Below, piece after piece: positions 61,716 through 64,000 of a stretch of DNA of 64,000 nt. Position 1 is the stretch's first letter. Each line of letters starts with the position of its first letter. Source of the DNA: an uncultured Methanomicrobiaceae archaeon (lineage in GTDB: Archaea; Halobacteriota; Methanomicrobia; Methanomicrobiales; Methanoculleaceae); contig CAWGXH010000004.1 of NCBI GenBank assembly GCA_963826525.1, forward strand, positions 640,001 to 704,000, read 5' to 3'. The position numbers and the translations under genes were made by a program. Below the pieces are notes generated by a model that saw nothing but the letters and a program-made list of their open reading frames with translations, was not told the DNA's origin and did not search any database.

Positions 61716-62213
61716 ATGATACCGCTCTACGCCTACCGCGACAACACGTGCGACCCCCGGAAATGCACTATGAAGAAACTCGCACAGCGCGGCCTTGTCA
61801 AGATCGTCACCCGCCTGCCGGAGATTCCCCGGTCGACGCTGCTCCTCGACCCGACGGCGGAGCAGGCGGTCTCGCCGGCGGACCGCTCGCTTCCCTCCGT
61901 CACGGCGCTCGACTGCTCGTGGGAAGTCCTCGATACCGGAGCCGTGAGCACCTGGCGGAACCGGCGGGCTCTCCCGTTCCTCGTCGCCGCAAACCCCGTC
62001 AACTTCGGCAGGCCCTTCCGGCTCACCTCGGTGGAGGCGATGGCGGCAGCGCTCGTTATTCTCGGCGAGCAGGAGCAGGCAGTACGGATCCTCGAGCCGT
62101 TCCGGTGGGGTCTGCGCTTCCTCGAGGTGAACCACGACCCGCTCGAGGAGTACGCAGCAGCGCGCGACAGCAGCGAGGTCGTGGCAATCCAGGCACTCTA
62201 TATGGGCGAGTGA
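61716..62213 (+). CDS. tsr3: 16S rRNA aminocarboxypropyltransferase Tsr3 (DUF367)
   Basis: CDPRKCTMKKL, ALDCSW, RALPFLVAANPVNFG, LTSVEA, FRWGLRFLEVN. Confidence 0.92.
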   Translation: MIPLYAYRDNTCDPRKCTMKKLAQRGLVKIVTRLPEIPRSTLLLDPTAEQAVSPADRSLPSVTALDCSWEVLDTGAVSTWRNRRALPFLVAANPVNFGRPFRLTSVEAMAAALVILGEQEQAVRILEPFRWGLRFLEVNHDPLEEYAAARDSSEVVAIQALYMGE

Positions 62214-62218
62214 ACACC

Positions 62219-63725
62219 TCAGTGCAGGGTCTCAAAGCCGGGGATGCCGAGGACATGTTTTGCGAGGTACATCGCATCCGCAAGCGACAGATCTCCGTCG
62301 CCGGTGACGTCGGCGGGGGGCGTGCCGGCGGCATACCCGGGCACCCCGAGCAGGGAGCGGCCGAGGCAGGCGGCATCGTAGAGCGTCACCCGGCCGTCGC
62401 CGGAGACGTCGCCATTTAGGACGACCGTCAGAGGGACAGCGACCGAAGTGTTCACAACCCCGCTCTCCTCCGTGACGGTCACGTCGAGATCGCCCGGGCA
62501 GTAGGTGCCGTTTTGGTGCGGCGACGCGGTCGTTGCGGTGACCTGCACCGTCCAGCGGCCGTCATCCGCCCGCAGCATCGGCACTGAGGCAGAGCCGCCG
62601 ATCGCAGAGAGATCGATCGTGACCGCCTCGCCGCCGCTCCCGCCGGTGACGGTCACCCCGAGCGTCGAAGACTCGCCCCAGCCCGGAGTCCCGTCGGTAT
62701 CGGTGGCGATGAGCGCCGGCGAGGCGGCGGGCGCAGAGACGGTGAGCGGGAGCGGAGCGGTCACGGTGACGAGATTGGGCCGGGTGACCGTATCGGTTCC
62801 GCCGGCGCCCTCCGCCGTCAGGGTTACTGAGTAGATGCCGGGCACGGTGTAAGTGTGCGCCGGGTACTGCTCCGCCGAGACCGCACCGTCCCCGAACTCC
62901 CACGTCCACGCTGTCGGGCTCCCGGTCGAGGTATCGGTGAAGGCGACGGCAAGCGGCGCCGTCCCGCTCACGGGAGATGCAGTGAACGCAGCCACCGGGA
63001 GCGGGGGCTCGGCGGAGGAGCCGGCGCCGATCGTGATCTCCTGCCGGGCAACCTTGGCCTCGTCGACAAAGACCTCGATAAGAACGCTTCCGTTCGTCAC
63101 TCCCTCAAGCCCGAAGGTGAGCGAGGCGTCGTCGACCCTGCCCGTGACCCCGCCAATCTCAAGGAGGAGGTCAGCGGCGGCGGTGCTCTCCTCTGCAGTC
63201 CCGAATACCTTCACCGAACTTATCGTGGTGCCGGAAGCGATGTCACCGACGCCCTGGGTCAGTTCGGCAACGCCACCGTCCGCAAGCACGGTCATGCTTA
63301 CCGGGAACCACCCGAAGGTAGCTTTCGATACCTGCCTGCGTGACCGGTTCTGCCCGGATAGAGATGCGGGAGGAGTCAAGCGAGAACGGGATACGGAGAT
63401 TGGTGGCTTTTAAGAAGAAGTCCTGCCGGCCTTCGAGATCTATCGCCGAGGCAATCCGGATAGCAAACCGGCTCCCATCCGCAAGGTTGCGGACAGAGAC
63501 CGTCACGCTGTCACCCTCCTCGATCTGGCCCGGGCCGATCGTGACGACCGGAGCGTCAGAAGCGGGTGTCATGGTGGTGGAGTCCACCGCCAGAACACCC
63601 TGCGTGATAAACCCCATGAGGAGCGTGAGAATGACAAGGCCCCTTGGGCGGATGAATCTCACACACGCGTTCTCATTCCCTCGTACACGGGGGGAGCGTT
63701 TCCCCCTATCAGATAAGTGGCTCAT
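62219..63725 (-). CDS. Secreted PKD- and dockerin-domain surface protein (frameshift near 63324)
   Basis: Signal segment; PKD WTWEFGDG...HTYTVPGIY; dockerin GDVSGDGRVTLYDA...DVTGDGDLSLADA. Confidence 0.8.
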
Positions 63726-64000
63726 CAAGTATTTATGCCAATCCGTTTTTAATAACCGTTATTTGTGGCGATTTTTGCTCAACGGATAAATATTATGCAG
63801 TATTTTCAGACATGCCCTACCACGGCGGGAAACGATCGCACACTGCGGGAAACGAATGATCTGTCCGTCCGGGGAATTACATGCAGGACGTTTCCCGGGG
63901 CTGCTGCCGTAAAGAACCTCCGGAACCTTCCTATCTCCCTTCAGAAGTGCGCCGGAGTCGCATCTTTTTATACGAGGGGGACAAGGATGCAAATATCTAC

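Noticed and set aside
471-63725. Programmed frameshifting, Sec/Pyl recoding or mass pseudogenisation as the cause of the split genes
   Set aside because: Breaks are isolated indels without slippery sites or in-frame stops, also hit the tRNA, and cluster at GTAC/AGCT, so sequencing error is more likely
63825-63897. GCGGGAAACGA direct repeat (20-nt period) with a partial inverted copy
   Set aside because: Only two copies at the window edge; not CRISPR-like; could be an operator but is unsupported
1-64000. CRISPR array, prophage or defence system
   Set aside because: No regularly spaced repeats and no cas, phage, reverse transcriptase or restriction genes recognised

Overview
GC-rich archaeal chromosome segment, most likely from a Methanomicrobiales methanogen (Methanoculleus-like). 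The assignment rests on the archaeal SRP RNA, 5S rRNA, tRNA(CAU), aEF-1beta, Tsr3, F390 synthetase, an MfnE-like kinase and TATA/BRE promoters. Layout: (1) iron/B12 ABC transporter genes, an orphan 5S rRNA and a divergent tRNA-Ile2/Met (1-2.7 kb). (2) A ~26 kb accessory membrane/stress cluster with AI-2E x2, SpoIIAA-like x3, cardiolipin synthase, DUF1269/DUF6325/SHOCT proteins, sulfatase plus radical-SAM maturase, K+ channel, MsrP-like Mo enzyme and a full-length DeCLIC-type pentameric ligand-gated channel (2.9-29 kb). (3) Core housekeeping and redox genes (29-45 kb). (4) A signalling-rich region (45-60 kb), followed by a TudS/DUF523-nucleoside deoxyribosyltransferase fusion, tsr3 and a PKD/dockerin protein. 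The best candidates for an undescribed system are a complete RsbU/RsbV/RsbW partner-switch operon in a sigma-factor-less archaeon, headed by an NCS2 permease with an RsbW-like tail and altered binding residues, and a promoter-preceded structured RNA with repeated CGGCACAA loops. About 20 genes carry isolated frameshifts that look like long-read consensus errors, and many sit at GTAC or AGCT, suggesting DNA methylation motifs. All family assignments are from motif recognition by eye; no database searches were run.
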